Shown: positions 41,336 through 51,057 of the stretch, in pieces
Numbering within the stretch: position 1 is the stretch's first letter
Layout: each line of letters starts with the position of its first letter
Source of the DNA: Minicystis rosea
GTDB taxonomy: Bacteria; Myxococcota_A; Polyangia; Polyangiales; Polyangiaceae
DNA length: 64,000 nt
Assembly (NCBI GenBank): GCA_001931535.1
Contig: CP016211.1
Span: 4,631,573 to 4,695,572 of the forward strand
Direction of reading: 5' to 3'
The notes under the pieces: model-generated
The model's input: the letters and a program-made list of their open reading frames with translations, nothing else
Database searches by the model: none
Told to the model about the DNA's origin: nothing
Translations under genes and position numbers: made by a program

Positions 41336-43357
41336 TCAGCCGACGCGAACTTCGCAGAGGCCGCTCGCGAGATCGTCGAGCGAGACGCGGATCTTTCCCT
41401 GCGCGCGACAGTGGCGCAGGGCGCCTTCGAGCACGCCGACGCCGAACGTCTCCAAGAAGACGGGGAACTCCTTGGCGCGATAGAGGTACGTGTGCGGGCC
41501 GCCCTGCTCGCAGGTCACCTTGCCGAAGTTGACGAGGTGCTTGAACATCTTCGGGCCGGTCACGAGCATCTTGTCGATGTCGGGGCCGAGGATGCCGAGC
41601 GTCGATCGGCCCATGTGCGTGCCGAGGACGTGATCGAACGTCATGTGGCCGAGGCGGCGCAGGCCTTCACCGAGGGGCACGCGCGGATACACGGCCTTGG
41701 CGACCGCGACGGTGAGGCGCAGGTTCTCGGCTGCCGGATAGTCGCGGAACGAGGTATGGCGGCGCTCGGGGACCTGCGCGGCGCGGAAGAGCTCGGCCGG
41801 CGTGGCCACGCGCGCGCCCATGCGCAGGAGATCGATGAAGAACATGCCCTTGCACGTCGCGTCCGCGGGCAGCATCGCGATGTGCGCTTCGATGTCGATC
41901 GACGTGTCGAAGCGCGGCTCGCGCAGCTTCTGGTAGCCCTCGGGGAGCGTGCGACGCACCGACGGCATCGGCATCGAGGGCGGCGACGTGACCGGCGCGG
42001 ACGAGGTCCGCGACGCCGGCGGAATGGACGAGACGGGCTCCGGCAGCGGCGTGACGTCACGCGCGGAGAGCGGCGACGGCGTGCGCACCGGACGCGCGTG
42101 CAGATCGCTCGACGCCGGCGGCGGAATGCGCGGCGGCGGCGGAGGTGAGGCCGGGCGGCTCGGCGGCGGAGACGGGAGCTGACGCGGGAGCGAGACGCTG
42201 TCGGCGCGGAACGATGCGGCGGATGGAAGCGCGCTCTGCTTCGCGGGCAAGGCCCCGGCGTGCATCGTCGAGGCGAGCGTGGGCTCGGCGGCGCGCGACA
42301 CGGGCGGATACACGCCGTTGGGCTCGTGCGACACGCGCGGCGGCGCGCGCTCCGGGATCGCAGGCAGGCCCGACCCACGCTCCGCAGGCGCTGCCGACAC
42401 GCGCTCGGGGGGCGCGGACATGCGCTCGGGCGGCAGCGAAGGCACGGCGCCCGTGAGCGTGTCCTGCGCGAAGGGCACGAGCTCCGCCGCGGCGAGCGCG
42501 ATGGTGGCGAAGCGGTTCTGCGGGTTCTTCGCGAGCGCGCGCAGGACGGCGGCTTCGACGGCGGCCGGGATCTCCGGCGTGAGCGTGCGCGGCGGCTCGG
42601 GCCGCTCGGTGAGCACGGCCGCGATGTAGCCGAGGAACTCGCGCGCCGTCTTCCACGGCAGGTGCCCCGTGAGCAGCTCGTACGCGAGCACGCCCCACGC
42701 GAACTGATCGGCGCGGCCATCGATGGGCTCACCGCGGATCTGCTCCGGCGGCATGTACGCGGGCGTGCCCACGAGACGGCCGCTCCCGTCGGGCGTGGAA
42801 TTCTGCTCCGAAGGCTGCGAGTCGTGCGTGCGGTTGCCCGCGATGGTGCGGCGCGCGACGCCGAAATCGAGCACCTTGACGAGCCCGTCCTCGCGCACCA
42901 TCACGTTCTCGGGCTTCACGTCGCGATGGATGATCCCGACCTGATGCGCGGCCCCGAGCGCGCCCGCGATGTCGAGCAACCAGCGCAGGCGCAGCGACAT
43001 CGGCACGGGCGGGCCGGAGATGATCTGCCGCAGCGAGGTGCCGGGCACGAACTCCATGACGATGTACGGGAGCCCGTCGATCTCGTCGGCGTCGTAGACG
43101 GCGGTCGCGTTCGGGTGCGCGATGGCTGCGGCCGCGCGCGCTTCACGCAGCGCGCTCGTCACCGCATCGGCGGCGTCGGCACCCTCGACGAGGTGCAGCA
43201 CCTTGAGGGCGACGCGGCGGTGCAAGCGCGTGTCGAAAGCCCGGCACACGCGCCCCATTCCACCTTCACCGATGATCGCCTCGATCGTGTAGCGATCGAT
43301 TTGACTGCCGGGCTCGAACCGCATCCCAGATGTGCCCTCGGCCGGGCAAGTTAGCAT
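41336..43357 (-). CDS. Ser/Thr protein kinase with a C-terminal myxobacterial TIGR02265/DUF2378-like domain
   Basis: IGEGGMGRVCRA...ALKVL, HRDVKPEN, DFG, PAYMPPE. Pro-rich linker. The C-terminal ~180 aa (FFIDLLRMGARV...GPKMFKHLVNFGKV...) resembles the Myxococcus paralogous family domain. Confidence 0.8.
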   Translation of the reverse strand: MLTCPAEGTSGMRFEPGSQIDRYTIEAIIGEGGMGRVCRAFDTRLHRRVALKVLHLVEGADAADAVTSALREARAAAAIAHPNATAVYDADEIDGLPYIVMEFVPGTSLRQIISGPPVPMSLRLRWLLDIAGALGAAHQVGIIHRDVKPENVMVREDGLVKVLDFGVARRTIAGNRTHDSQPSEQNSTPDGSGRLVGTPAYMPPEQIRGEPIDGRADQFAWGVLAYELLTGHLPWKTAREFLGYIAAVLTERPEPPRTLTPEIPAAVEAAVLRALAKNPQNRFATIALAAAELVPFAQDTLTGAVPSLPPERMSAPPERVSAAPAERGSGLPAIPERAPPRVSHEPNGVYPPVSRAAEPTLASTMHAGALPAKQSALPSAASFRADSVSLPRQLPSPPPSRPASPPPPPRIPPPASSDLHARPVRTPSPLSARDVTPLPEPVSSIPPASRTSSAPVTSPPSMPMPSVRRTLPEGYQKLREPRFDTSIDIEAHIAMLPADATCKGMFFIDLLRMGARVATPAELFRAAQVPERRHTSFRDYPAAENLRLTVAVAKAVYPRVPLGEGLRRLGHMTFDHVLGTHMGRSTLGILGPDIDKMLVTGPKMFKHLVNFGKVTCEQGGPHTYLYRAKEFPVFLETFGVGVLEGALRHCRAQGKIRVSLDDLASGLCEVRVG

Positions 43358-43408
43358 GGTGCGTCCGGAATCGTCGGGAAACCCATCAGCCTCATGCCGT
43401 GGGCCTCG

Positions 43409-44644
43409 TCATACCGGAGCCCCGGAAATCAGGGCTCCGTCCCGCAGGACGCCGCGGGTGCGCGAGATGCCCCACGGCTGAATGATGGCGTTTTCGTGAG
43501 CCAGCTCCCACAGGACGAGGTCGGCCCGGAGCCCCGGCCGCAGAATGCCGCACACCTCCGCGAGCCCGAGCGAGGCCGCCGCCTCCCGCGTGGCCCCGAG
43601 CAGGGCCTCCGCCGGCGAGAGCCCGTAACCGCGCACGGCGAGCGCCAGGGCCAGCGGCAAGCTCTCGGTGGGCGCGGTCCCCGGGTTGGCATCGCTGGCG
43701 ACCACCAGCGGAATGCCGGCGGCCCGCAACGCGGCCACCGGGGGCGGATCCTGCCGCAACGTCATGCTCGCGACGGGGAGGAGGACCGCCCGAACACCCG
43801 CCGCCGCCAGCGCGTCGATCCCCTGCGGACCGACCTGCTCCAGGTGATCGGCCGAGGCCGCGCCCACCTCGGCCGCGAGCTCTGCGCCGCCGACGTCGGC
43901 GAATTGGCCGACATGAAGGCGAACCCCGAGGCCCAACGCGCGGGCCCGTTCGAGCACCGGACGCGCTTGGGCCACGGAAAATGCACTGCGATCCACGTAC
44001 GCATCGACGAAGCGCACGAGATCGTCGCTCGCGAGCGCGGGCAGCCACTCGGCCGCGACACGCGACGCGTAGGCATCGCGATCGCCTTGGGCTTCGGGCG
44101 GCAACGCGTGAAGCGCGAGGTACGTGGGCACGACACGCGGGAGATCGGCGGCGGATCCAGCCTCGCGCACGGCCTCGAGCTGACGCCGCTCGGAGGCCTC
44201 GTCGAGCCCGTAGCCGCTCTTGCACTCCACCGTCGTGACCCCGAGCGATGCCATGCGCCGCAGTCGCGCGGCCAGGGTTCGCGCAATCTCGTCTCGGCTC
44301 GCCGCGCGCACCGCGCGCATGCTCGCGACGATGCCGCCGCCGGCCGCGGCGATCGCTTCGTAGTCCGCGCCCGCCATGCGCAACGCGTATTCGTGATCGC
44401 GCGATCCCATCCAAGGCGCGTGCGTGTGGGCATCGACGAGGCCAGGCGTGAGCAGCCCGTCGTGCGCGAGGATCCGCGCGCCCGCGGATCGCGCCGCTAG
44501 GGCCGCACGCGTGCCCACCTCGACGATGGAGGCGCCCTCGATCAACACGGCCCCGTCCTCGATCACGGCGAGCGGATCCACGCTCGTCGCGCGGGCGGGG
44601 TCGCAGGTGACGACGCGCGGCGCGGTGACGAGGATCATCGTCAT
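43409..44644 (-). CDS. hutI: Imidazolonepropionase
   Basis: LTPGLVDAHTHAPW (metal-binding HxH), KSGYGL, VRLHVGQF, ASDANPG. The start overlaps the nagZ stop (ATGA). Confidence 0.85.
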   Translation of the reverse strand: MTMILVTAPRVVTCDPARATSVDPLAVIEDGAVLIEGASIVEVGTRAALAARSAGARILAHDGLLTPGLVDAHTHAPWMGSRDHEYALRMAGADYEAIAAAGGGIVASMRAVRAASRDEIARTLAARLRRMASLGVTTVECKSGYGLDEASERRQLEAVREAGSAADLPRVVPTYLALHALPPEAQGDRDAYASRVAAEWLPALASDDLVRFVDAYVDRSAFSVAQARPVLERARALGLGVRLHVGQFADVGGAELAAEVGAASADHLEQVGPQGIDALAAAGVRAVLLPVASMTLRQDPPPVAALRAAGIPLVVASDANPGTAPTESLPLALALAVRGYGLSPAEALLGATREAAASLGLAEVCGILRPGLRADLVLWELAHENAIIQPWGISRTRGVLRDGALISGAPV

Positions 44645-45747
44645 CCCCTCGTCTTCGCCTGCGCCGCCGCGATCTCGTCGAGGATGGCGCGCGACGACGC
44701 CGACCCGATGATCTCGCCGAGCTTCTGCGCGTCCGTCACCGGACGAGGAGGCGCCTGCCGGCGCACCCGCAGGCAGCGCTCGACGGCCTCCACGCAACGC
44801 CGGCGGAAGGCCGCGTCCTTCTCGGCCTCCTTCACCAAAGCCTCGTGCGCGCGATCGGCGAGGTCCTCGCTCTTGCACACGAGGAGCGCATCGCAGCCCG
44901 CGCGCACCGACGCGACCGCCGACTCTTCGATCGCGTAGCGCGCCGCCACCGCCGCCATCTCCAGATCGTCGGAGAAGAGCACGCCCCAGAAGCCGATCTC
45001 ACCGCGGAGCAACGTGGTGCACACCGCGCGCGAGAGCGTCGCCGGTACGCTGGGATCGAGCCCCTCCGCGACCAAGTGCGCCGTCATCATCGACGCGATC
45101 CCCGCGCCCGCCGCCGCGCGGAACGGGACGAGCTCCACCGCGTCGAGGCGCGCGCGATCGTGGCTCACGATCGGCAGATCGAAATGGCTGTCCACCGAGG
45201 TGTCGCCGTGCCCGGGGAAGTGCTTGCCGCAAGCAAGCACCCCGCCGTCGCGGAGCCCTTGGAAGAAGGCCACGCCCGCGCGCGCGACCGCCGCGGGATC
45301 GCGCCCGAACGAGCGATCGCCGATCACCGGGTTCGCCGGGTTGGAGTCGACGTCGAGCACCGGCGTGAAATCGAGGTTGAACCCGACCGCCGCAAGCTCG
45401 ACGGCCACGGCGCGGCCTGCGCGACGGATGAGATCGAGATCACCGATCTCGCCGAGGAGCCGCATCGGCGGCAGCGTCAGGAACGGCGGAGGCAAGCGCG
45501 TCACGCGGCCACCCTCCTGATCGACGGCGATGAACGGCGGCAGATCCGCCGGCGCCGTGCCGCTGATCGCCGTGCACAGCGCCGACGCCGTGGGGATGTC
45601 GGGCAGGTTGCGCTTGAAAAGGATCGCGCCGCCGCGACGGCCCTCCGCGAGCGCGGCCGCGAACCGCGGCGTGAGCTCGCGGCCTTCGAAGCCGCCGACG
45701 ATGATCTGACCGCACAGGCGGGAGAGATCGAGATCGAGGGTCGCCAT
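44641..45747 (-). CDS. nagZ: Beta-N-acetylhexosaminidase (GH3)
   Basis: ATG 45747. IVGGFEG, AVDQEGGRV, GFNLDFTPVLDVD, KHFPGHGDTSVDSH. Confidence 0.85.
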   Translation of the reverse strand: MATLDLDLSRLCGQIIVGGFEGRELTPRFAAALAEGRRGGAILFKRNLPDIPTASALCTAISGTAPADLPPFIAVDQEGGRVTRLPPPFLTLPPMRLLGEIGDLDLIRRAGRAVAVELAAVGFNLDFTPVLDVDSNPANPVIGDRSFGRDPAAVARAGVAFFQGLRDGGVLACGKHFPGHGDTSVDSHFDLPIVSHDRARLDAVELVPFRAAAGAGIASMMTAHLVAEGLDPSVPATLSRAVCTTLLRGEIGFWGVLFSDDLEMAAVAARYAIEESAVASVRAGCDALLVCKSEDLADRAHEALVKEAEKDAAFRRRCVEAVERCLRVRRQAPPRPVTDAQKLGEIIGSASSRAILDEIAAAQAKTRG

Positions 45748-45792
45748 GCCCCGGGACCTTAGCCCAGCCGGGTCCTCTGCGTCTGTATTACG

Positions 45793-46971
45793 ATGGCGCC
45801 GATGCCGAAACCCGCCGAAGAGCTGGATGCCGTCCAAGTTCTGGATCACCTCGTTCGCAGGGCCGTCGCCGTCGGCGCGAGCGACATCCACGTCGAGCCC
45901 AAGCGTGACGCCATCCGCGTGCGGTACCGCATCGACGGCGTGATGGTGAGCCAAGGCCAGCTCCCGCCCGAGCTCGCCCCTTCGCTGAGCACGCGCGTGA
46001 AGGTCCTCGCGCGCATGGACATGACGGAGCGAAGGTTGCCGCAGGACGGACAGTTCACCCTGGAGTTCGGCACGAACGCGCTCGTCCATTTGCGCGCCTC
46101 GACCTTCCCCGGCATTCAGGGCGAAACGCTGGTGCTACGCGTGCTGCTCGGGCACCAGCTCATCCCGATGGCCAAGCTCGGCATGAGCGACGACGAGCTC
46201 GAAGCCTGCACGCGCCTCGCCAGCCGGCCGTCGGGCTTCATCATCGTCTGCGGGCCGACGGGCTCGGGCAAGACGTCGACGCTCTACTCGATGCTCCAAG
46301 TCATGAACACGGCGGAGCGGAGCGTGGTCACGCTGGAGGATCCCATCGAGGTGGAGCTCCCCGAGATCACCCAAGGCCAAGCGAACCCGCGGCAGGGCTT
46401 CACCTTCGCGGCCGGCCTCCGCGCCATCCTCCGGCAGGACCCGGACGTGATCCTGGTCGGCGAGATGCGTGACGCCGAGACGGCGCAGATCGCGCTCCAA
46501 GCGAGCCTCACGGGTCACTTGGTGCTGACCACGCTCCACACGAGCGACGCGGTGGAGACCATCACGCGCGTCGTCGATCTCGGCGCCGAGCCGTGGATCG
46601 TGGCGAACTCGCTGCTCGCCGTGGTGGCCCAGCGCCTCGTGCGCTCGCTCTGCCAGCACTGCTCCGTGCCCTACCCGCTGCCCAACGACATCACGGACGA
46701 CGACGATCGCATCATCCTCCCCAAGGGCACGACGATGCGTCGTCCGGGCGCGTGCCCCAAGTGCCACAACACCGGCTACCGCGGCCGCTCGGGCATCTTC
46801 GAGGTCCTCGAGATCGACGACGACCTGCGCGAGCTCATCAAGACGCGCTCGACCAAACGCGCCTACCACGAGGCCGTACGCAAGGCGGGCCTCGTGCCGC
46901 TGCGCGAAGCTGGTCTGCGCAAAGCGCAGGCGGGCGTCACGTCGCTCGACGAGGTCTTGCGCGTGACGTGA
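45793..46971 (+). CDS. Type II/IV secretion-system ATPase (GspE/PilB superfamily), short form lacking N-terminal domains
   Basis: Walker A GPTGSGKTST. Asp box / Walker B VILVGEMRD, His box. Tetracysteine CQHC...CPKC. 392 aa. Confidence 0.8.
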   Translation: MAPMPKPAEELDAVQVLDHLVRRAVAVGASDIHVEPKRDAIRVRYRIDGVMVSQGQLPPELAPSLSTRVKVLARMDMTERRLPQDGQFTLEFGTNALVHLRASTFPGIQGETLVLRVLLGHQLIPMAKLGMSDDELEACTRLASRPSGFIIVCGPTGSGKTSTLYSMLQVMNTAERSVVTLEDPIEVELPEITQGQANPRQGFTFAAGLRAILRQDPDVILVGEMRDAETAQIALQASLTGHLVLTTLHTSDAVETITRVVDLGAEPWIVANSLLAVVAQRLVRSLCQHCSVPYPLPNDITDDDDRIILPKGTTMRRPGACPKCHNTGYRGRSGIFEVLEIDDDLRELIKTRSTKRAYHEAVRKAGLVPLREAGLRKAQAGVTSLDEVLRVT

Positions 46972-47028
46972 TCGCGATCGCGCCGCGAGCGGCCCTCGAT
47001 CCCCCGCGCGCCGATCCACGGCGTGCGA

Positions 47029-49338
47029 TCAGCCGAGCTCTTCCGCCTCCCGCGACAGCGCGCGGACCACGCGATCCAGCTCCGCCGCGATGGCCTCGAC
47101 GGCGAAGAGCGCGTTGAACGCCGTCCCGGCGCGCACCTTGTCCTCGAAGCGCGAGCACATCGCCACGAGCGTCTTGGCGCCGAAGTGACCGGCGCTGCCC
47201 TTCAGCGTGTGCACGGTGCGCGCGGCGGTCACGAGATCGCCGCCGGCGATCGCTTCGCGGATGACGCTCATGCGTCCGGGCACGTCTTGCAAGAAGAGCG
47301 CGACCACCTCCGCGACGATGTCGCCTTCGCCGGGGCGCTGCGTGGCGCGGAGCGTGCGCAGCATGCCGAGATCGATCACGGGGGACGACGGCTGGCGCTT
47401 CGGGGGCTCGGGCGTCTCGGGCTCGGTGCCTGGGAGCGGCGCCCAGCGACGGAGGATCTCGTCGATGCGCTCCGCGGTCACCGGCTTGGCGACGTAGTCA
47501 TCCATGCCCGCGGCGAGGCAGCGCTCGCGCGCGCCGGGGCCCGCGTTGGCCGTCATGGCGACGATGGGTAAGCGCGGTTTTCCTTCGTCGCGGGCGCGAA
47601 TTTCGCGCGTCGCCGCGTAGCCGTCGAGGCGCGGCATCTGACAATCCATGAGCACCGCGGCATAGGTCGCGCGCGCCGTGGCGGCGACCGCTTCGTGCCC
47701 ATCGCTGGCGACGTCGACGCGATAACCGCGCTTCTCGATCATCACCTTCCCCACGCGCTGGTTCACGGCGTTGTCCTCGACGAGCAGGATCAACGGCCGC
47801 TCGATCGGCGCTTCGGCGATCATCGGCGCGGATGGAGCGAACGCGATGCCCGCACGCGGCCTCGACGACGCCGGCCCCGAGGTCACGATCTCCGTGCCGC
47901 GCACCTCGTCGCGTGGGGGATGCGGGCGCGAGCCCGGCCCACCGCGGCGCGACTCGGGCACGGCATCGCGATATGCAAGCGGACGCGATCCCGGAGCGCC
48001 GCGGCGCGACTCGGGCATGGCGTCGCGGTGCGAAAGCGGCCGCGATCCGGGGCCACCGCGCCGTGATTCGGGCGCGGCATCGGCGATGTCGACCGCGCCG
48101 CCCATCATCGTGCGCAGACACGCGAAGAGCTGCGCGCGCCGCACCGGCTTGCCGAGGTTGCCCACCGGCCGCAGGACGGCGCGCATCGTCCCGCGCGGCG
48201 AGCTCCGCGGATCATCGCCGCGCGGCCGCGCCCGCTCGTCCTCTGGCAGGCGCTGGCCTGGGTACGCGAGCAGCACCACCGGGAGCGCAGCGAACGCCGC
48301 GTCGGTGTCGATCGCATGAAACAGATCGAGCACGCCTGGGAGCGCCACGTCGATGAGCACCACGTCGAACGCGCGCCCCGCGCGCACGGCCTCGCGGAGC
48401 ATGGCGATCGCGCCTTCGCCGTGCGGCGCCGCGGCGTGCTCCACGCCGAGCACGTCGATCATGTCGCCCATCCCCGTGCGCACCGCCGCGTTCGGAACCG
48501 CGGCGAGCACGCGCCGGCCGGCCATGTCGACGCGCGGGATCGCGTCCTCGGTGCGCCGCGCCCGGAGCCCGTAGACGCTGCGATCGCGACGCTCGAAGCG
48601 GGCGGTGAAATAGAAACGCGCGCCCTTCCCCTCCGCGCTCTCCACGCCGATGGCTCCGCCCATCGCCTGCACGATCTGCCGCGCGAGCGCGAGACCGAGA
48701 CCGCTGCCACCGTGCTCCGATCCTTCGTGCACCTGCGAGAAGGGCTGGAACAAACGCGCCTGCTTCTCGGCGCTGATCCCGATGCCGGTGTCGTTCACCT
48801 CGAAGCGAACGGTCACGTCGTCCGCGGACGACGCCGACAGCATCGCGCGCACGACGACCTCGCCGCGCTCGGTGAACTTGAGGGCGTTGCTCACCAGGTT
48901 GACGATCACCTGCCGGAGCCGCACCGCGTCGCCGCGCAAGGCCGCGGGCACGTCGCCGGCGACGGCGACCACGAGCTCGATCCCCTTCGACTCGGCGCGC
49001 TCGGCGAGCAGATCGCCGACCTCCTCGACCACGCGACGCACGTCGAGATCGGCCGCGGAGAGCGGGAGCTTGCCGGCCTCCACGCGGCTCCAGTCGAGCA
49101 CGGTGTTGAGCAGATCGCCGAGGCTGTCGCAGAGCCCGCGCAGGCGCTTGCCGTAGTCGCGTTGCTCCGTGTTGAGATCCGTCTCGAGGAGGAGGCCGGT
49201 GATGCCCGTGATGCCCGACACGAGCGTGCGCAGCTCGTGGCTGAGGTGGGCATAGCCCTCGCCTTTGGCTCGCTCCACCGCCAGCGCGGCGCGGAGCGAC
49301 GCCAGCTCCGCATCGGGATCGAGATCGCGCTCGCTCAT
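47029..49338 (-). CDS. Hybrid sensor histidine kinase / response regulator with a C-terminal HPt domain (no membrane sensor)
   Basis: H-box LSHELRTL; N/G boxes (LVSNALKFT, GSGLGLA); a degenerate receiver; a repeated PESRRGGPGSRP linker; the receiver LLVEDN...VLMDCQMP...KP; and HPt HTLKGSAGHFG. Confidence 0.85.
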   Translation of the reverse strand: MSERDLDPDAELASLRAALAVERAKGEGYAHLSHELRTLVSGITGITGLLLETDLNTEQRDYGKRLRGLCDSLGDLLNTVLDWSRVEAGKLPLSAADLDVRRVVEEVGDLLAERAESKGIELVVAVAGDVPAALRGDAVRLRQVIVNLVSNALKFTERGEVVVRAMLSASSADDVTVRFEVNDTGIGISAEKQARLFQPFSQVHEGSEHGGSGLGLALARQIVQAMGGAIGVESAEGKGARFYFTARFERRDRSVYGLRARRTEDAIPRVDMAGRRVLAAVPNAAVRTGMGDMIDVLGVEHAAAPHGEGAIAMLREAVRAGRAFDVVLIDVALPGVLDLFHAIDTDAAFAALPVVLLAYPGQRLPEDERARPRGDDPRSSPRGTMRAVLRPVGNLGKPVRRAQLFACLRTMMGGAVDIADAAPESRRGGPGSRPLSHRDAMPESRRGAPGSRPLAYRDAVPESRRGGPGSRPHPPRDEVRGTEIVTSGPASSRPRAGIAFAPSAPMIAEAPIERPLILLVEDNAVNQRVGKVMIEKRGYRVDVASDGHEAVAATARATYAAVLMDCQMPRLDGYAATREIRARDEGKPRLPIVAMTANAGPGARERCLAAGMDDYVAKPVTAERIDEILRRWAPLPGTEPETPEPPKRQPSSPVIDLGMLRTLRATQRPGEGDIVAEVVALFLQDVPGRMSVIREAIAGGDLVTAARTVHTLKGSAGHFGAKTLVAMCSRFEDKVRAGTAFNALFAVEAIAAELDRVVRALSREAEELG
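47905..48095. repeat. In-frame 57-bp tandem repeat (about 3 copies) inside the hybrid kinase gene
   Basis: ccgcggcgcgactcgggca[c/t]ggc[a/g]tcgcg... repeated. It encodes PESRRG[G/A]PGSRPL[S/A][H/Y]RDA[M/V] three times. Confidence 0.7.
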
Positions 49339-49510
49339 CAGCCGGCCGTTCTTCCGCTTCGCGGGACGGTCAGGATACCCGACGCGGCGCGCGCAAACAA
49401 CGCACGCCGCGTCGGTACGCGGCCTCGCAGCGCGGTCATCACGACGCCCCGACGTGCGCGCCTGCCACGAGCGAGAGCGTCGAGGCGATGAGGGATGGAC
49501 CCGAGCGCGG

Positions 49511-50467
49511 CTAACCGGCGTCGATCAACACCTTGAGCGCGCCCGGCTTGGCCGCGAGCGCGAGCCCGCGCTCCGCGTCACGCAACGTCACGCGCGCTCC
49601 GATGAGCGGCGTCACATCCACGCTCCCGGCGGCGAGCGCGCGCAGCGCGGGCGCGAAGCTCCCGCAGCGCGAGCCGACGACGCGGATTTCTTGAATCACG
49701 AGGGGCGCGAGGTTCATCGGAACTTTGTCGGCCACGGTGCTCTTCAACACGAGCGTCCCTCGAGGGCGTGTGGCCGCCACCGCGGCCTCGAAGCCGGCGG
49801 ACGAGCCCGTGGCGTCCACCACCAGATCGGCCTTCTTCTTCGACCACGAATCGACGAGCGAGGTCGCGATCCCGCGCTTGCCCAAGAACGCGAGGCTCGT
49901 CGCGTGCCGCCCCACCGCGAGCACCCGCGCGCCCGTGAGATGCAAGACCTGCGCGACGAGCAGGCCCAGCTTGCCGTCGCCGAGGACGACGCACTCCATC
50001 CCTGGATGCACGTGGATCTGCTCGAGGATCTCGAAGGCTGCGGCGAGCGGCTCCGCGAACACGGCCGCCTCGTCGGAGACGCCGTCGGGCACCACGTGCA
50101 GGTTCTCCACCGGCACTTCGATCTTCTCGGCGAATGCGCCGTCGGCGTCGAGGATGCCCATCACCGTGCGGCGCGGGCAGTGCCGCTGCATGCCGCGCGC
50201 GCACTCGGGGCACGCGCCGCAGCCGAAGTTGATCTCGCCGACGACGCGCTTGCCCTTCCACTCGTCCGGGCCGTCCGTGACCGTGCCGACGAGCTCGTGA
50301 CCGAGCACGCCGCGGAAGCTCATGTACCCTTTGCAGATCTCGAGGTCGGTCTTGCAGATGCCGGCCCACTTCACGCGAATGACCGCCGTGCCCGGGCCGG
50401 CGACGGGCTCGGGCCGATCGACCACGCGAGCGGCGGAGCCATCCCAATAGAGTGCGCGCATGGCCAT
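49511..50467 (-). CDS. Zn-dependent alcohol dehydrogenase (MDR family)
   Basis: GICKTDLEICKG...GHELVG (catalytic Zn), CGACPECARG (structural Zn), GDGKLGLLVAQV (NAD). Confidence 0.75.
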   Translation of the reverse strand: MAMRALYWDGSAARVVDRPEPVAGPGTAVIRVKWAGICKTDLEICKGYMSFRGVLGHELVGTVTDGPDEWKGKRVVGEINFGCGACPECARGMQRHCPRRTVMGILDADGAFAEKIEVPVENLHVVPDGVSDEAAVFAEPLAAAFEILEQIHVHPGMECVVLGDGKLGLLVAQVLHLTGARVLAVGRHATSLAFLGKRGIATSLVDSWSKKKADLVVDATGSSAGFEAAVAATRPRGTLVLKSTVADKVPMNLAPLVIQEIRVVGSRCGSFAPALRALAAGSVDVTPLIGARVTLRDAERGLALAAKPGALKVLIDAG

Positions 50468-50571
50468 CGCATACCGCGGGCCTCGCGACCGCAGCAAGGC
50501 CGCCGAGCACGCTCGCCGTTTCCCCGCGGCGCCGCTACCGCTCGGTGGGGTGAGAACACAGGATCGCCTCC

Positions 50572-51003
50572 ATGAGAGCTCGCTATCGGAGGGCTTTGCG
50601 GGCGGCCGCGTCCGCGGCGCTGACGTATGCTTTTCTCAAGCTGGAGGACATCGGCCTCGCGTTGCTTCGCTTCGCGGGCGCGCATCGCCGCCGCCGCTAC
50701 GAGGTGCGCCTCGCGCCGCCGGAGCACGCGCCTCCGGCCGTGTTTCCCAAGGTGGCGGACGAGCGCACCATGCGCCGCATGGCGGAGGCCGAGCGCGGCG
50801 GCATCAGCTCGGCCGAAGGCACGGAGCGCTGGCTGCGCGGCGAGAACCCGGGCGGGCTCCACCAGAAGGCGCAGCGCCACCCCGAGGACGAGGCCGACAT
50901 GATGCCCGAGCGCGAGCGCCCGCAACAGGAGGAGCCGCAGGGCCGCAACGAGCGCATCCCCGGCGGCGCGCGCCATCTCCCCACGGCCCGTCGCGGCGCG
51001 TGA
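50572..51003 (+). CDS. Hypothetical protein
   Basis: 143-aa ORF with strongly biased high GC3 codons (gag/gac/cgc/ggc/aag). No family recognised. Confidence 0.35.
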   Translation: MRARYRRALRAAASAALTYAFLKLEDIGLALLRFAGAHRRRRYEVRLAPPEHAPPAVFPKVADERTMRRMAEAERGGISSAEGTERWLRGENPGGLHQKAQRHPEDEADMMPERERPQQEEPQGRNERIPGGARHLPTARRGA

Positions 51004-51057
51004 TCGAAGAACGATCGCGCCGCGAGCTCCGCGCCCTCGCAGCCGCGCGCCCGGCGC

